Below are positions 37,016-46,928 of a stretch of DNA of 64,000 nucleotides, one piece after another (positions within the stretch are counted from its first letter, which is position 1; the number at the start of each line of letters is the position of its first letter). The stretch lies in the sequence record PV764601.1; one strand, written 5' to 3'. Position numbers and translations under genes: made by a program. The notes under the pieces are model-generated. The model was not told where the DNA came from. It saw nothing but the letters and a program-made list of their open reading frames with translations, and searched no databases.

Positions 37016-39327
37016 GACATACCCGTTGAAATGAGTTTGGATTCGTTGCCATCCTTGACCACGGTGAAGACTCGGGCGGATGGGTATACGTCATCTAGTG
37101 GAGTGATGACGATGACGTGAGGCACTACCTTTTGCAATGCTGGGATGAAGTCGTTGACATACAGGTCACGCGCTGCCTCGCTGAGATTCGCTTCGCATTC
37201 GTCCAGCACAATGATGTTGGCACGGCGCGAGGCAGGGATCATCGGAAGCAGGGACTTCACTAGGCACAGGTTGAACTGCTTACTCTCGGCACCACTAAGG
37301 AACCGAACGTCAGAAGTCAGCGCTTCCTTGCCAGTCCCTCGGGTGACGTTGATGCTAAAGTTGTTCGCCTGCACCACGAACTCAAAACGCATAGGCTCCG
37401 GGAACACCAGCGGGGCGTTAGCGTTCATGTGGTGCTCTAGACTCAGGGCGAACTGTTTCATCACCTCCAACTTGCGGCCGTTCTTGGAGTAAATGTCGAT
37501 CAGGCTATCGAGGATCGGGAGGTCTTCCAAGTCTGCGCCAATGTTGCGTACCTGTGCCCGAAGCTGCTTGATGGCGCGCAGCAGCTTTTCCTGATACTCA
37601 ATGCGAGGTGCAAGCTCCGCGTTCTTGGCCACCATGTTAGACAGCTTCTTGCTTACCGACTCATATTCCTTGTCAGCCGATCGGAGTTCCTCAACGTCGA
37701 TCTGCGCCGCTTCCCTCAACTGTTCTTCAACAGGTAGCAGGGTGCGGATCACCGACTGCTGTGCAACCAACTTGTCACGTGCCTTGGTGCTGGGCTTCTC
37801 AGGAACGTCGCCCTTCCACTTGGGCTTGGGATTCTCTTCCAGCCATTCCAGATACTTGATGGCCTTCTCATACTTGGACACGTCGGGCAAGTCATCAAGG
37901 ATCGCTTGCAGCTTCTTGCGCTGCTTCTTGAATGCCGACAGTTCCTTCTCGTACTCTGCTGCCTCTTCCTGATACTCAGCGTAGTCCCGTGCTGCTTCGA
38001 TCCGCTCTGTTGCCTTGCGCCAGCGCTTCGCCTGATTCTCGTACTCGGGAAGATGGTCAGTGACTTTCCCGCCTTTCGAGCCACACACGAAACACTTGCC
38101 ACCCTTGCTACCGATCTTGTTGATCTGCTTCTGTAGACCGATCAGTGCTTCAAAGCGCGCACGTTCCTTATCGGCTGCCACGATCCAGTGCTTGAACGTG
38201 TCGCCTTCCAACCCGTAGTCAGCAGGGTTGAACGTGGCCTTGGCTACGGCCTCGGGTTGGGTCGGCTTGCGCAGCCCATCCAGTGCTCGACGTGCATCAC
38301 GGTCCGCCCTCTTGGCGCTTTCGATTTTCTCCCTGCACTTTTCCAGCGTGAGCTTACCCGCCTTCTCAGTGGCCTTGAGGTACTCGGCCTTCCAGCGAGT
38401 CAAGTCATCTTGGTGGCGTTCGTACTTGCGCCATGCGGTTGCAGCGTCATCCAACTTCGTGATCTTGGCGCTGACCTGTTTCAGCTGGTCCTTCAACGGA
38501 ATGCTGTGATCCAGCTTCTCCCATTCCTTCGCATGCGTGGTGTAGACCGTGTAGATGCGCTGGCGACTACGCAGTCGTTTGACCTTCTTCTCCAGCTTCT
38601 TGATCTTGCCCTGATACTTGACAGCCCTAGCGCGCAGCATATCAATGTCTACGCGTCCCGCTTCTTCGTCCAAGGCAGCCAGCTGCTTGCGTAGCTCCTT
38701 GATCCGAATCTCGCTGTCCTTCAACTCGTTGCGTCGTGCATTACATGCCGCGCGTACCAAGTCGAACTTCTCCAACCGGAACATATCAGAGAAGAACTGC
38801 ATACGATCCGTGGAGGTGCCCATCTGCAACGGGAAGGTGCGGGTGCCATGCAGATAGACGTAACTGTAGAACTCATCATCCGAAATAGGGAACAGGGTGT
38901 CAGCGATGTGCGCTTCGGCCTTGGTCGCGGTAGGGAACTTCATGTCCTTACCGTTCTCGGTGATCTGATACTTCACTGACGCAGACTTATCCCGGTACTT
39001 CTTGATGCCGTAGTCATTGCCATTACACCGAACGTCAAACTCAATTGCGCTGTTCGGTTTGATTAGCAGGCTAGTTTTGGCACCACTGTTGCGCTTGCCG
39101 ATGCTGAGTGCTGGTGCCGAGTTGCGCACCACGTTAGCAAGGGATGCAACCAACACCGACTTACCTACGCCGTTGCTGGTCTTGCGCTTGAGCCGAGAGT
39201 TCTTGTTCAGACCTTTGATGACGGTGGTGCCCTCGTACCCGAGGTCTAACTCCGCCTTCTTGAAATACACAACGTTGGTGAGGCTGAGGTGGCCGAATCG
39301 CCACCCCAGCTTCTGCTTCTTAGCCAT
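37012..39327 (-). CDS. SbcC/Rad50/gp46-like SMC ATPase
   Basis: Walker A NGVGKS, coiled coil with CFVC Zn hook, LSGAE signature, IIVLDE Walker B. Confidence 0.93.
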   Translation of the reverse strand: MAKKQKLGWRFGHLSLTNVVYFKKAELDLGYEGTTVIKGLNKNSRLKRKTSNGVGKSVLVASLANVVRNSAPALSIGKRNSGAKTSLLIKPNSAIEFDVRCNGNDYGIKKYRDKSASVKYQITENGKDMKFPTATKAEAHIADTLFPISDDEFYSYVYLHGTRTFPLQMGTSTDRMQFFSDMFRLEKFDLVRAACNARRNELKDSEIRIKELRKQLAALDEEAGRVDIDMLRARAVKYQGKIKKLEKKVKRLRSRQRIYTVYTTHAKEWEKLDHSIPLKDQLKQVSAKITKLDDAATAWRKYERHQDDLTRWKAEYLKATEKAGKLTLEKCREKIESAKRADRDARRALDGLRKPTQPEAVAKATFNPADYGLEGDTFKHWIVAADKERARFEALIGLQKQINKIGSKGGKCFVCGSKGGKVTDHLPEYENQAKRWRKATERIEAARDYAEYQEEAAEYEKELSAFKKQRKKLQAILDDLPDVSKYEKAIKYLEWLEENPKPKWKGDVPEKPSTKARDKLVAQQSVIRTLLPVEEQLREAAQIDVEELRSADKEYESVSKKLSNMVAKNAELAPRIEYQEKLLRAIKQLRAQVRNIGADLEDLPILDSLIDIYSKNGRKLEVMKQFALSLEHHMNANAPLVFPEPMRFEFVVQANNFSINVTRGTGKEALTSDVRFLSGAESKQFNLCLVKSLLPMIPASRRANIIVLDECEANLSEAARDLYVNDFIPALQKVVPHVIVITPLDDVYPSARVFTVVKDGNESKLISTGMS

Positions 39328-39763
39328 TGTTACTCTTGAAGATGAGGGCCATCATGGTGATAAACAGACCGATCACACCACACGTCAGCAACCCTGCCTG
39401 TCGCTTCCACCAACCACGAGCCAGCATCCACTCACGGGCTTGGCGTTCGGCATCGTGCTTCTTGGCGTACACCTCAGCCAACTCTTCGGCCTGCTCGGCG
39501 ATGGTGGCGGTTAGCGTTTCCACCTCCACCTCCAGCGTGCTGTTCTCTGCTCCCAACATTTGAACGTCGCGCAGCGCGGCAGACTTTTCTGAGCGCAACC
39601 GAATCACTTCCCCTTCAAGATGCTCCACCTTACGGGCCAGCTTGACTGTCTTGCGGCGAGCATCACGGCGATCCCGTTTTGCTGTGGCTACTTGATTGTC
39701 TTTCTTTCGGTTGGCGTTACGCTTGGTGAAAGCTTCGGTCGTGGCGCTCTTATCGGTGTTCAT
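39320..39763 (-). CDS. Coiled-coil protein with C-terminal TM helix
   Basis: Heptad repeats and hydrophobic tail. Confidence 0.75.
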   Translation of the reverse strand: MNTDKSATTEAFTKRNANRKKDNQVATAKRDRRDARRKTVKLARKVEHLEGEVIRLRSEKSAALRDVQMLGAENSTLEVEVETLTATIAEQAEELAEVYAKKHDAERQAREWMLARGWWKRQAGLLTCGVIGLFITMMALIFKSNNG

Positions 39764-39999
39764 CTGTTCACCATAGTGAGTAGTGGCTGCACAGTTTCAG
39801 GAGTGGTACCGATGACGTGGAAGCCCACTACTTCGTGCCATCCCAAAGGCAGCTTAATGAATATCTTGCGGGTCAAGCGTAAATCTTCGTACACGGTTGC
39901 CCGTTTGAATGGATCAGTGTGTTGCAACACGTCTGCGGCCATGTCTTTGCACAGCCGCTCCATAGCGTCGTCCCCGACGTATTCAATGACCTTGCTCAT
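39760..39999 (-). CDS. Hypothetical protein
   Basis: Start MSKVI overlaps the dnaX stop. Confidence 0.6.
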   Translation of the reverse strand: MSKVIEYVGDDAMERLCKDMAADVLQHTDPFKRATVYEDLRLTRKIFIKLPLGWHEVVGFHVIGTTPETVQPLLTMVNR

Positions 40000-41246
40000 T
40001 ATCCCTTCTTGGAATCCACAACCCAGCCGATCAGGTGGGAGGTAATCATCATCCGCTCGACGCTGGCAATGCCGCCACTGATGCACTTCTGTCGGAGGTC
40101 GATCAGGGTACGCTGCAACGATGCGAGCATTTCAATCACCTTGCCCTTGCTGGGATCGAAGCCCTCGACCGAGTTCTTGATGACAGACGCGAAGCGCTTG
40201 TTGAGTGGGTTATGCCACACGTTCGGGTGGTAGCGCATGTTCTTGGTCAGTTCCGCATCCACGATGTACTGATTCAGCCAGATGCACTTGGACAGGAACG
40301 GCACCCAATCGGTACGCAGGTCGAGCATGTACTTGGCGACGCCAACACGATTGAGCCCGTAGCACGCAGTCAGCACCTTGATCGCTAGGTCGTCCAAACC
40401 TTCCTGACCACCAGCTTGTGCGTTGTTGCTCAAGATGGCCTTGAGTTCGTCGGCACTGAGCTTCGGGTTGTTAGCCAGCTGCATCTGCACAGCTTCCAGC
40501 AACTGCACGCTGTCACGCATGTAACCCTGCGACAGGTTGGCCAGATGCTCGATCACCTCATCCCCGACCTTGATGTTCTCCTTCCCTGCGATGAACTTGA
40601 TGCGCTTGATTACGTCCGCCGTCGGCACCAGCTGGATGTTCATCGGCACACAGCGATTGCGCATCGTCTGCTTGAGCATCTGCGGATCGGTGGTGCTCAG
40701 GATATACAGCGTCTGTTCCGGTGGCTTCTCCAGAGGCACCAGCAGGGCCTCAGCAGCCTGTGGTGTAAGCTGGTGCACTTCGTCCAGATGCAGGATGCGA
40801 AGGTTACCGAGGCGCGGACGGTTCTTGCTGCGCTGGATGATCGCGCGCACGTCGTCGATGCCACGCTTCTCCGAAGCATTCACCTGCTCGTAGTCAGGAT
40901 GGGACTCAATCGGCATCAGGCAGTTCTGACACTTGCCACATGCGTTCATGGTTTCGCAGTTGACGTACCGAGCGATCATCTGGCTAACAGTGGTCTTGCC
41001 ACAGCCAGTGGGACCGACCAGCAGGATCGCGCCCGGAATCTTCTTGGTCTTCAACATGCCCCTGAACTTGTTGATGATCTCCGTCTGACCAACGAGGTCA
41101 TCAATGTCCTTCGGACGCCAGCGCACAGCGAGGCTGCGATTGTCCACCGTATCGCTTACGGGTACTGCAACCTCCGTAGACTTGGACTTCTTCTTGACCT
41201 TCCCATCCTTGTTCTTGGACTTCTTCTTACTCTTCGTGTCGCTCAC
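39999..41246 (-). CDS. dnaX: DNA polymerase III gamma/tau-like clamp-loader ATPase
   Basis: LAVRWRPK, GPTGCGKTT, Zn CxxC, LDEVHQL, EKPP, RNRC, GYMRD; GTG start at 41246 with GGAGA RBS. Confidence 0.92.
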   Translation of the reverse strand: MSDTKSKKKSKNKDGKVKKKSKSTEVAVPVSDTVDNRSLAVRWRPKDIDDLVGQTEIINKFRGMLKTKKIPGAILLVGPTGCGKTTVSQMIARYVNCETMNACGKCQNCLMPIESHPDYEQVNASEKRGIDDVRAIIQRSKNRPRLGNLRILHLDEVHQLTPQAAEALLVPLEKPPEQTLYILSTTDPQMLKQTMRNRCVPMNIQLVPTADVIKRIKFIAGKENIKVGDEVIEHLANLSQGYMRDSVQLLEAVQMQLANNPKLSADELKAILSNNAQAGGQEGLDDLAIKVLTACYGLNRVGVAKYMLDLRTDWVPFLSKCIWLNQYIVDAELTKNMRYHPNVWHNPLNKRFASVIKNSVEGFDPSKGKVIEMLASLQRTLIDLRQKCISGGIASVERMMITSHLIGWVVDSKKG

Positions 41247-41280
41247 TTCGGGTTCTCCAATGGAGGCATCTGCCACTGAT

Positions 41281-41290
41281 TATTTACAGG
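41281..41290 (-). promoter_or_regulatory. Putative phage promoter CCTGTAAATA upstream of dnaX
   Basis: Exact motif following a terminator-like hairpin. Confidence 0.65.
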
Positions 41291-41302
41291 ATTCCGAATA
41301 CG

Positions 41303-41334
41303 AAAAAGGCCCCATCCCGCTAGGGAATGGAGCC
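41303..41334 (-). terminator. Probable intrinsic terminator
   Basis: Imperfect hairpin followed by TTTTT on the minus strand. Confidence 0.5.
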
Positions 41335-41340
41335 TCGGTT

Positions 41341-41652
41341 TCAACCTTCGTAAGTGGCAGGATGGTCGCCCTGCTCAATGATCCGATGGGCCAGTCGGTA
41401 GCCTTCCAACTCCCAAATCTTGTTGGTGGCCTGCTTGAACGCGGCCTCTTCCCCGAACTGCGCGTTGAACTGGCCGTCACATACGCATGCGCTCTGACCA
41501 GTCACCGGGAAGCCAACCGACTTGCCATCCCGCAGCACGTCAATGGTGCAGACGGTGATGGTGGTGCCGGGGATACGGTCGTAACGAACCTCGCCGATGC
41601 ACGGCAGAATATCACGCACGTAGTCCAGCTTTACAGGTGCACGTTCACTCAT
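41341..41652 (-). CDS. N4 gp49/Sf6 gp66-family protein (probable Acb4-like nucleotide sponge)
   Basis: TITVC...GFPVTGQSACV...FNAQFGEEAA...KIWELEGYRL family signature. Confidence 0.75.
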   Translation of the reverse strand: MSERAPVKLDYVRDILPCIGEVRYDRIPGTTITVCTIDVLRDGKSVGFPVTGQSACVCDGQFNAQFGEEAAFKQATNKIWELEGYRLAHRIIEQGDHPATYEG

Positions 41653-41891
41653 TGATAGTTCCTCATGTATGCGATGATGGCGTGTAGGCTACGCGGGTCA
41701 GTGATGTTAGTGATGGCATACGATTTGCCATCCACTTCCACACAGCGATTGTCGATAGTGCCGGGAGGTAATGCTTGGTCAATGAACCAGTCCGGCAGCT
41801 TCGACTGATCTTCTGCCCACTCTACCCGAACAGACCCTTCGGTCTGTTCTTGATTTCCTTCACCCTCTTGGCTGCTGCATTCAGTTCCCAT
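41649..41891 (-). CDS. Hypothetical protein (start probably near 41820)
   Basis: Coupled ORF. Confidence 0.5.
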   Translation of the reverse strand: MGTECSSQEGEGNQEQTEGSVRVEWAEDQSKLPDWFIDQALPPGTIDNRCVEVDGKSYAITNITDPRSLHAIIAYMRNYQ

Positions 41892-42688
41892 TTGTCGAAT
41901 ATCTCCAGCAGTTTTTCCGTGTCGATCTTGGTAGGTGTCAAGTCGTCCACACTGAACGGTAGCGCGATCTTGCGACGGATGCGCGCCACCTTGTAGTTAG
42001 CCTCCAGCGTTTCCAGATTGGCCTTGACAGTCTTGGCAAGCTTGCCTGCGGTCTTCGGGTCAGCCAGCATGGCCTTAACCGATCCACCGGCAGAAAGCAA
42101 CGCCTTGGCCGTCTTCGGTCCACAGTCAGGAAGGCCGGGGTAACCGTCAGTGCTGTCTCCCATCAACGCTAGGTAGTCAACAAAACGTGCAGCACCGAAA
42201 CCAAACTCCTTCTTGAGTGTTGCCTCAGTAGTGATCTTCCCCGACACTGGATGGATAATGTCTACCTTGGTTCCTTTCAGAAGCTGGTTCATATCCTTGT
42301 CGCCAGTATGGATGCGGACGCGTGCGCCTTGCTCTAAGGCCATGCGTGTCACTGTACCGATCACGTCGTCCGCTTCCACTCCAGCCTTCGCCCACGTCTT
42401 GATGCCATAGGCTGCAACAATGTCCATCAGCACTTTCATCTGCACCCCAATGTCTGGGTCGTGCACACGATTTGCTTTGTACGTAGGGACCAGCTTTGCA
42501 CGCCACTTGCACTTGCCAATGTCAAAGGCGAACAAGGTTGGACCCATCTTCTTGTCTGCGGCCAGCTTGTGAATCGCAGACGCAGCACCGACCAGCATGC
42601 CAACGGGTTTGCCCAAGCTGTTGGTCAGCTTGGGCATCCCGTGGAAGTTACGATGTGCGAAATAGCTGCCATCGTACAGGTGAATCAC
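41822..42688 (-). CDS. 5'-3' exonuclease / flap endonuclease (PolA N-terminal-like)
   Basis: DGSY, YKANR, EADD, GDKD, GDSTDGYPG..GPKTA. Confidence 0.95.
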   Translation of the reverse strand: MIHLYDGSYFAHRNFHGMPKLTNSLGKPVGMLVGAASAIHKLAADKKMGPTLFAFDIGKCKWRAKLVPTYKANRVHDPDIGVQMKVLMDIVAAYGIKTWAKAGVEADDVIGTVTRMALEQGARVRIHTGDKDMNQLLKGTKVDIIHPVSGKITTEATLKKEFGFGAARFVDYLALMGDSTDGYPGLPDCGPKTAKALLSAGGSVKAMLADPKTAGKLAKTVKANLETLEANYKVARIRRKIALPFSVDDLTPTKIDTEKLLEIFDKWELNAAAKRVKEIKNRPKGLFG

Positions 42689-43038
42689 AGAGAGGACCGC
42701 TCCACCAGCGAGATAAGACGGAAGCGTGCCTCAACGATTCGATCACGCATGGAGAGTAGGGTGTTGACAAGATCGGACGATGAAGCATCCGCGATCTTGG
42801 CTTCATCCTTGACCGAAGCTTCGTCAGTCAGCACGATGGAGAACGTGTCGTTGACCTCGGTGATGTTGTCGTGCAGGTTGCGCAGTTCGCTGTCAATCGA
42901 CTGGATCAAGGAGCGGACCGAGGACGGCGGCAGAGGATCAGTGCTTTCCGAAGCGATACGCTTGACGCCAGTGACGACAACCTTGCTGTCAGCGGGGAGT
43001 TTGCCGGAGAGCTTACCGGGAATGCGTGGGTTAGCCAT
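42685..43038 (-). CDS. Hypothetical helical protein, paralog of 43049..43627
   Basis: Start MANPR; shared C-terminal pattern. Confidence 0.7.
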   Translation of the reverse strand: MANPRIPGKLSGKLPADSKVVVTGVKRIASESTDPLPPSSVRSLIQSIDSELRNLHDNITEVNDTFSIVLTDEASVKDEAKIADASSSDLVNTLLSMRDRIVEARFRLISLVERSSL

Positions 43039-43048
43039 TGTTCGTTCC

Positions 43049-43627
43049 TTACAGGCTGATACGATGGGTGAGACTGTAGACTTCACCGCGCAGTTTGCGG
43101 ATGTTGTTCAGCAGTCGGATCAGGGTGCGGTTGTTGGACGCAACGTTATCCGGCGTCTCAGCGAATTCAGTCGGAATACCCAGCACGTCAGTGTTGAGCA
43201 CAGGATAGAGCATGTCCTCCGTATGACTCAGAGCGCCAGTCAGTTGATTGAACTCCGATTCCACGTAGGTCAGCAGGCTGCCCACACTGTACACCGAGAG
43301 TTCACAGCAATCAGCTGCATCATCGCTCAGGAGGTTGGTGACGCTGCGCTCTGCCTGCTTCACCGGATCCGACGACTTCCACACCCTCGGGGACTCGCTG
43401 ATAGACACCGCGTTGCTTTCCACTTCGGCCGCAGCAGGTTCGTCGCCATCTGCCACCAGCACCGCACGCTGGAGCAGTTCCAGCTGGTCATGGGTCAGCG
43501 GGGTGTCACCGTTGATGATGCCGTTGATGAACTTGTCCGTCAGGGTCAAGGTCTTGGCAGGCTTGGCAGGCTTCACTACCTTCTTTGCCTTCGGTGCAGC
43601 CGACTTCTTCTTGCGCGGAGTAGCCAT
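43049..43627 (-). CDS. Hypothetical protein with Lys/Ala/Pro-rich N-terminus
   Basis: MATPRKKKSAAPKAKKVVKPAKPAK. Confidence 0.75.
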   Translation of the reverse strand: MATPRKKKSAAPKAKKVVKPAKPAKTLTLTDKFINGIINGDTPLTHDQLELLQRAVLVADGDEPAAAEVESNAVSISESPRVWKSSDPVKQAERSVTNLLSDDAADCCELSVYSVGSLLTYVESEFNQLTGALSHTEDMLYPVLNTDVLGIPTEFAETPDNVASNNRTLIRLLNNIRKLRGEVYSLTHRISL

Positions 43628-44484
43628 TAGTTTTCCTCGTTATCAGTGGATACAGCAGTGGTGAAGTACAGACCTTCGATACCGATCAGATGGTTGTACT
43701 TGGTCGGGTCAAGATAGCCAGTGGTCACAACAGGAGTGCCATGCCACGTACCGCAGTAGCCGCGCCCGATCATGAGGCTGTACTGCTTTGCGGGCTGCCA
43801 ATCAGCAAGGAATTTCTCGTTGAGCAGCAGAGTCTTGAGGCCGTCAACCGAAGTGTAGAGAATCTTTTCGTGATCGTGGGCGTACTGAACCGCTTCGAGT
43901 GCTGCGTCACTTCCGGTCAGCGTGGTCGGCACCGGAATCAGTTCCTCCACCACAAGGTTGCGCGCGTCGAGGTCATCAATCTCTTCGACGCCAACGTCCA
44001 GCAGTTCGCGGTGCTCAGAGTTCAGACGCTCCCACACAACCTGCGGAATCTCGTTGCCATCAAAGTCAACGTGACGTTCCTTGACGTCGGACATGATCGG
44101 CAGCTTGACCTCGATAGCAGGACCGTGGAAGCGTTCGCCCGAGGGGTCGATGCTGACCACTGCACCATGCAGGCGCATCACACCCTCGCCGTCCTTGAAC
44201 AGTCGGCTCAGGCGACGGTGCTGGAAGCACGGGTATCCGCTGGGCTCTGACACGTCATGCCAATCCTCCGGTTTATCCTCAACGATGGGCGTCAGGATTT
44301 CGTAGCGGGCGACCCGGCTAAATAGGTCGATTACAACCTCTGCACTTGCGCCGCTGTGGCCTTGCGCAGAGAAGGTGTCGATCAGCTGGAGCACGGCATC
44401 GCCAAGCATACCGCCGTAGTCACTCTCCGGGCTCAGTAGGCCCGCCAGTTCCAGTTCGCGTCGTGCGTGATTACTCAGTGACAT
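43627..44484 (-). CDS. Hypothetical phage protein
   Basis: ARRELEL...FSAQGHSGAS phage-type module. Confidence 0.75.
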   Translation of the reverse strand: MSLSNHARRELELAGLLSPESDYGGMLGDAVLQLIDTFSAQGHSGASAEVVIDLFSRVARYEILTPIVEDKPEDWHDVSEPSGYPCFQHRRLSRLFKDGEGVMRLHGAVVSIDPSGERFHGPAIEVKLPIMSDVKERHVDFDGNEIPQVVWERLNSEHRELLDVGVEEIDDLDARNLVVEELIPVPTTLTGSDAALEAVQYAHDHEKILYTSVDGLKTLLLNEKFLADWQPAKQYSLMIGRGYCGTWHGTPVVTTGYLDPTKYNHLIGIEGLYFTTAVSTDNEEN

Positions 44485-44485
44485 T

Positions 44486-44746
44486 TCAATTTCCTTGTTC
44501 CTTGTTTACGGGAGCAGGTGGTAGCCCATAAGGGTTGAAGGGTACGCCTGCGGCTGTGAGCATTAGTTCCAGATACTCGATGTGGTCGCTCATATCCAAC
44601 ATCATACGTTCGTCAGACGTGATTGCACTGTGGCTGGGTGCGGTAGGAAGTATCACCACACGGGCTAAAGTCCCGTCCTTGCTCTTGATGAATCGTGCAG
44701 ACTGCACGCTCTCAGGAACCTTTACAGGTTCATTGTTGACGCTCAT
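44486..44746 (-). CDS. Hypothetical protein
   Basis: ORF. Confidence 0.65.
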   Translation of the reverse strand: MSVNNEPVKVPESVQSARFIKSKDGTLARVVILPTAPSHSAITSDERMMLDMSDHIEYLELMLTAAGVPFNPYGLPPAPVNKEQGN

Positions 44747-44748
44747 GA

Positions 44749-45792
44749 CTACACTCCGATAGTGGGAAGGATTTCAGATACGATGGCTTCGCCGCGCTTG
44801 CGCTGCGCCTTGTTGTGACCTCGGGTCTTCAATTCACCATGCAGGTTGTCAGTGATACCGAACTTGATTTCAGTGTCAGTGTCAGCCAGCAGGGTTTCAG
44901 CTTGCCTGTCCGTCTTGTAGGTCACCACGTTATTGACCACGTTCGGATGGCGCGCGCCTACGTCGTAGGGCAACTCCACTCCACGTTTCACCACAACCTT
45001 GTAGAGCTTGAGCGGGTCATCTGCGATCTTCTTCAAGTCGCTGACCTTTTCCACCTTGAGATTGTGCAGGGTGAAGCCGGGCTGCGTCTCGATGAACTCG
45101 CGCTCGATCTTGAGTTTACCCGAAGTCAATCGCTTCGCCCTAAGCACACCGAACCCCTTGGGCAATGACTCGCCAAAGTTAGTTTGGTAGGGCGTGCCTA
45201 CGAACCAGCTGTTACCCATCATCTGCTGCGTGTGCAGGTGGCCAATGACCCAGTGATCGCTACCCTCTTCGGGCGTACCGTGGTTGAGGTCCATACGCGT
45301 GCCGTTGTCACGAATAGCGCCCGGACGTTCAAGGTGTGCAAGATTGAGTGTCTCACCTCCCTTCCGATAAGGCATCGCCTTCTTCTCAGGGAAGGGAAGG
45401 AAGTTGATGGGGACACCACCGACCACTACCTGCTTCTTGACGCAATGGAATCGGATGGACTTGAACATGCCCATCTTGGCCATTTCCTCAAACTGCTGCA
45501 TGGAATGGTAGCCCTCGTACTCGGTGTCGTGGTTACCGAGAATCCAATCCTGCTCCAGCAGTCCGTCATACTTGTGCATGAACCGCAGGAGCCAAACGCG
45601 AGCCTCTTCCGAGAGACGTGGCTTATCCGCTACGTCGCCCATCTGATACCAATTCTTGATGCCGTGCTCAAGTGCGTAGTCGGCACTCTTGCACCACTCG
45701 TTGTACTGCAATTCAAGGGATCGTTCAGCACCGAACAGGTGTGCGAGTTTGTCGGCGTGAATGTCCCCCATGAATACTCCGGCGAAGCTCAC
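44749..45792 (-). CDS. SbcD/Mre11/gp47-like metallophosphoesterase nuclease
   Basis: GDIH, GDV.D, GNHD, GHLH, GTPYQ. Confidence 0.92.
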   Translation of the reverse strand: MSFAGVFMGDIHADKLAHLFGAERSLELQYNEWCKSADYALEHGIKNWYQMGDVADKPRLSEEARVWLLRFMHKYDGLLEQDWILGNHDTEYEGYHSMQQFEEMAKMGMFKSIRFHCVKKQVVVGGVPINFLPFPEKKAMPYRKGGETLNLAHLERPGAIRDNGTRMDLNHGTPEEGSDHWVIGHLHTQQMMGNSWFVGTPYQTNFGESLPKGFGVLRAKRLTSGKLKIEREFIETQPGFTLHNLKVEKVSDLKKIADDPLKLYKVVVKRGVELPYDVGARHPNVVNNVVTYKTDRQAETLLADTDTEIKFGITDNLHGELKTRGHNKAQRKRGEAIVSEILPTIGV

Positions 45793-46910
45793 TCTGCGTT
45801 ACCTTCCTTACGCTCCAGAACGACAGTGCACATAGCACGCTGAGGGTCTGTAGGCATGTACCGAACATGGAAGTGCATAGGGTCGCTAGGGTCGATGTAC
45901 CAACACGGCAGCTGCGTACAGCTGTTGAACTCTTCCAGCGTGTGACATTGAGTAGGCTCACCATTGTACCGGGTGACTCCCATTGCCGTCAGCATCTTGA
46001 TGATGGTATCGGAGACGTGCAGTGCTCGTTCCTTCTCGGTCGGCGGAGGAACTACGCTGAGGCCGTTGTTGCCTTGGATGCTCAGTGTGCCATCTGCGAG
46101 GCCACGTTTCAGGTGCTCACTAAAGGCACCCGACACCAGCTGCGTCATGGTCAGGACGACAGGAGGGCGCGAGTACGTACCGATAGTGAACTCTACGCGA
46201 TCATCCAACACCAGCGCACGTGGGACCACGTCCGAGTTGTCAAAGGCAGTCTTGTTGTCGAAGATGTGAGCGAACGGAATACCCAGCACACCGAAAGCGT
46301 TCAACGCCAGAGCCGCTTGACTCAGGTTGGCGTTCTCGGGATTGGCCATGCACTCGAAGTAGGCGTCATGCAGCTTGGACCGGAAATTCAGTTCGTCGCG
46401 CACCTGCATCAGAATGAAGCCGTCATGATTGTCTCCCTTGTACGGACCATTCTTGCGGCGGGTGACTCCCCAATACCGATCGAGGAAACGATTGTGGAAG
46501 TAAATCTTGGCTTCGCCCGTGTCGATCAACTGCTGGGCCAGAGTGCTGCCATAGGGGAATTGCTGACGACGCATTTCCAGTCGCAGTCGCAGCTTCTTCC
46601 GAATCCACTGCCATGCCACCTTCTCTTCCCACGAGAACTTCTTGACTTCATGGGGATCATCAATCAGGAGGATCATTGCGTGACGTGCCCGATCGTTGGT
46701 CTTGCTCGCTTGGAAGGCGTGTAGCACCGAAGGGAACACTGTACCTGCATGCTCAATAGGCGCAGGGTAGGACTCAGACAGGAAGGCGTAGCGCCCGGTA
46801 AATGAATCAATGACGTTCTCAGCATTCGGCTTCAAGTGACCCTTGAGCGCAGCCAATTCCTCAAACGAATTCTTCTTGTGTTGCATGAGTTTCTCCGATA
46901 GCGAGTGCAT
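45789..46910 (-). CDS. NADAR (YbiA-like) domain fused to an unknown C-terminal domain
   Basis: FLSE.Y, HAFQASK, DRYWGV, N..G.ILMQVRDEL. Confidence 0.8.
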   Translation of the reverse strand: MHSLSEKLMQHKKNSFEELAALKGHLKPNAENVIDSFTGRYAFLSESYPAPIEHAGTVFPSVLHAFQASKTNDRARHAMILLIDDPHEVKKFSWEEKVAWQWIRKKLRLRLEMRRQQFPYGSTLAQQLIDTGEAKIYFHNRFLDRYWGVTRRKNGPYKGDNHDGFILMQVRDELNFRSKLHDAYFECMANPENANLSQAALALNAFGVLGIPFAHIFDNKTAFDNSDVVPRALVLDDRVEFTIGTYSRPPVVLTMTQLVSGAFSEHLKRGLADGTLSIQGNNGLSVVPPPTEKERALHVSDTIIKMLTAMGVTRYNGEPTQCHTLEEFNSCTQLPCWYIDPSDPMHFHVRYMPTDPQRAMCTVVLERKEGNAE

Positions 46911-46928
46911 AACACTCTCGTCAATACA

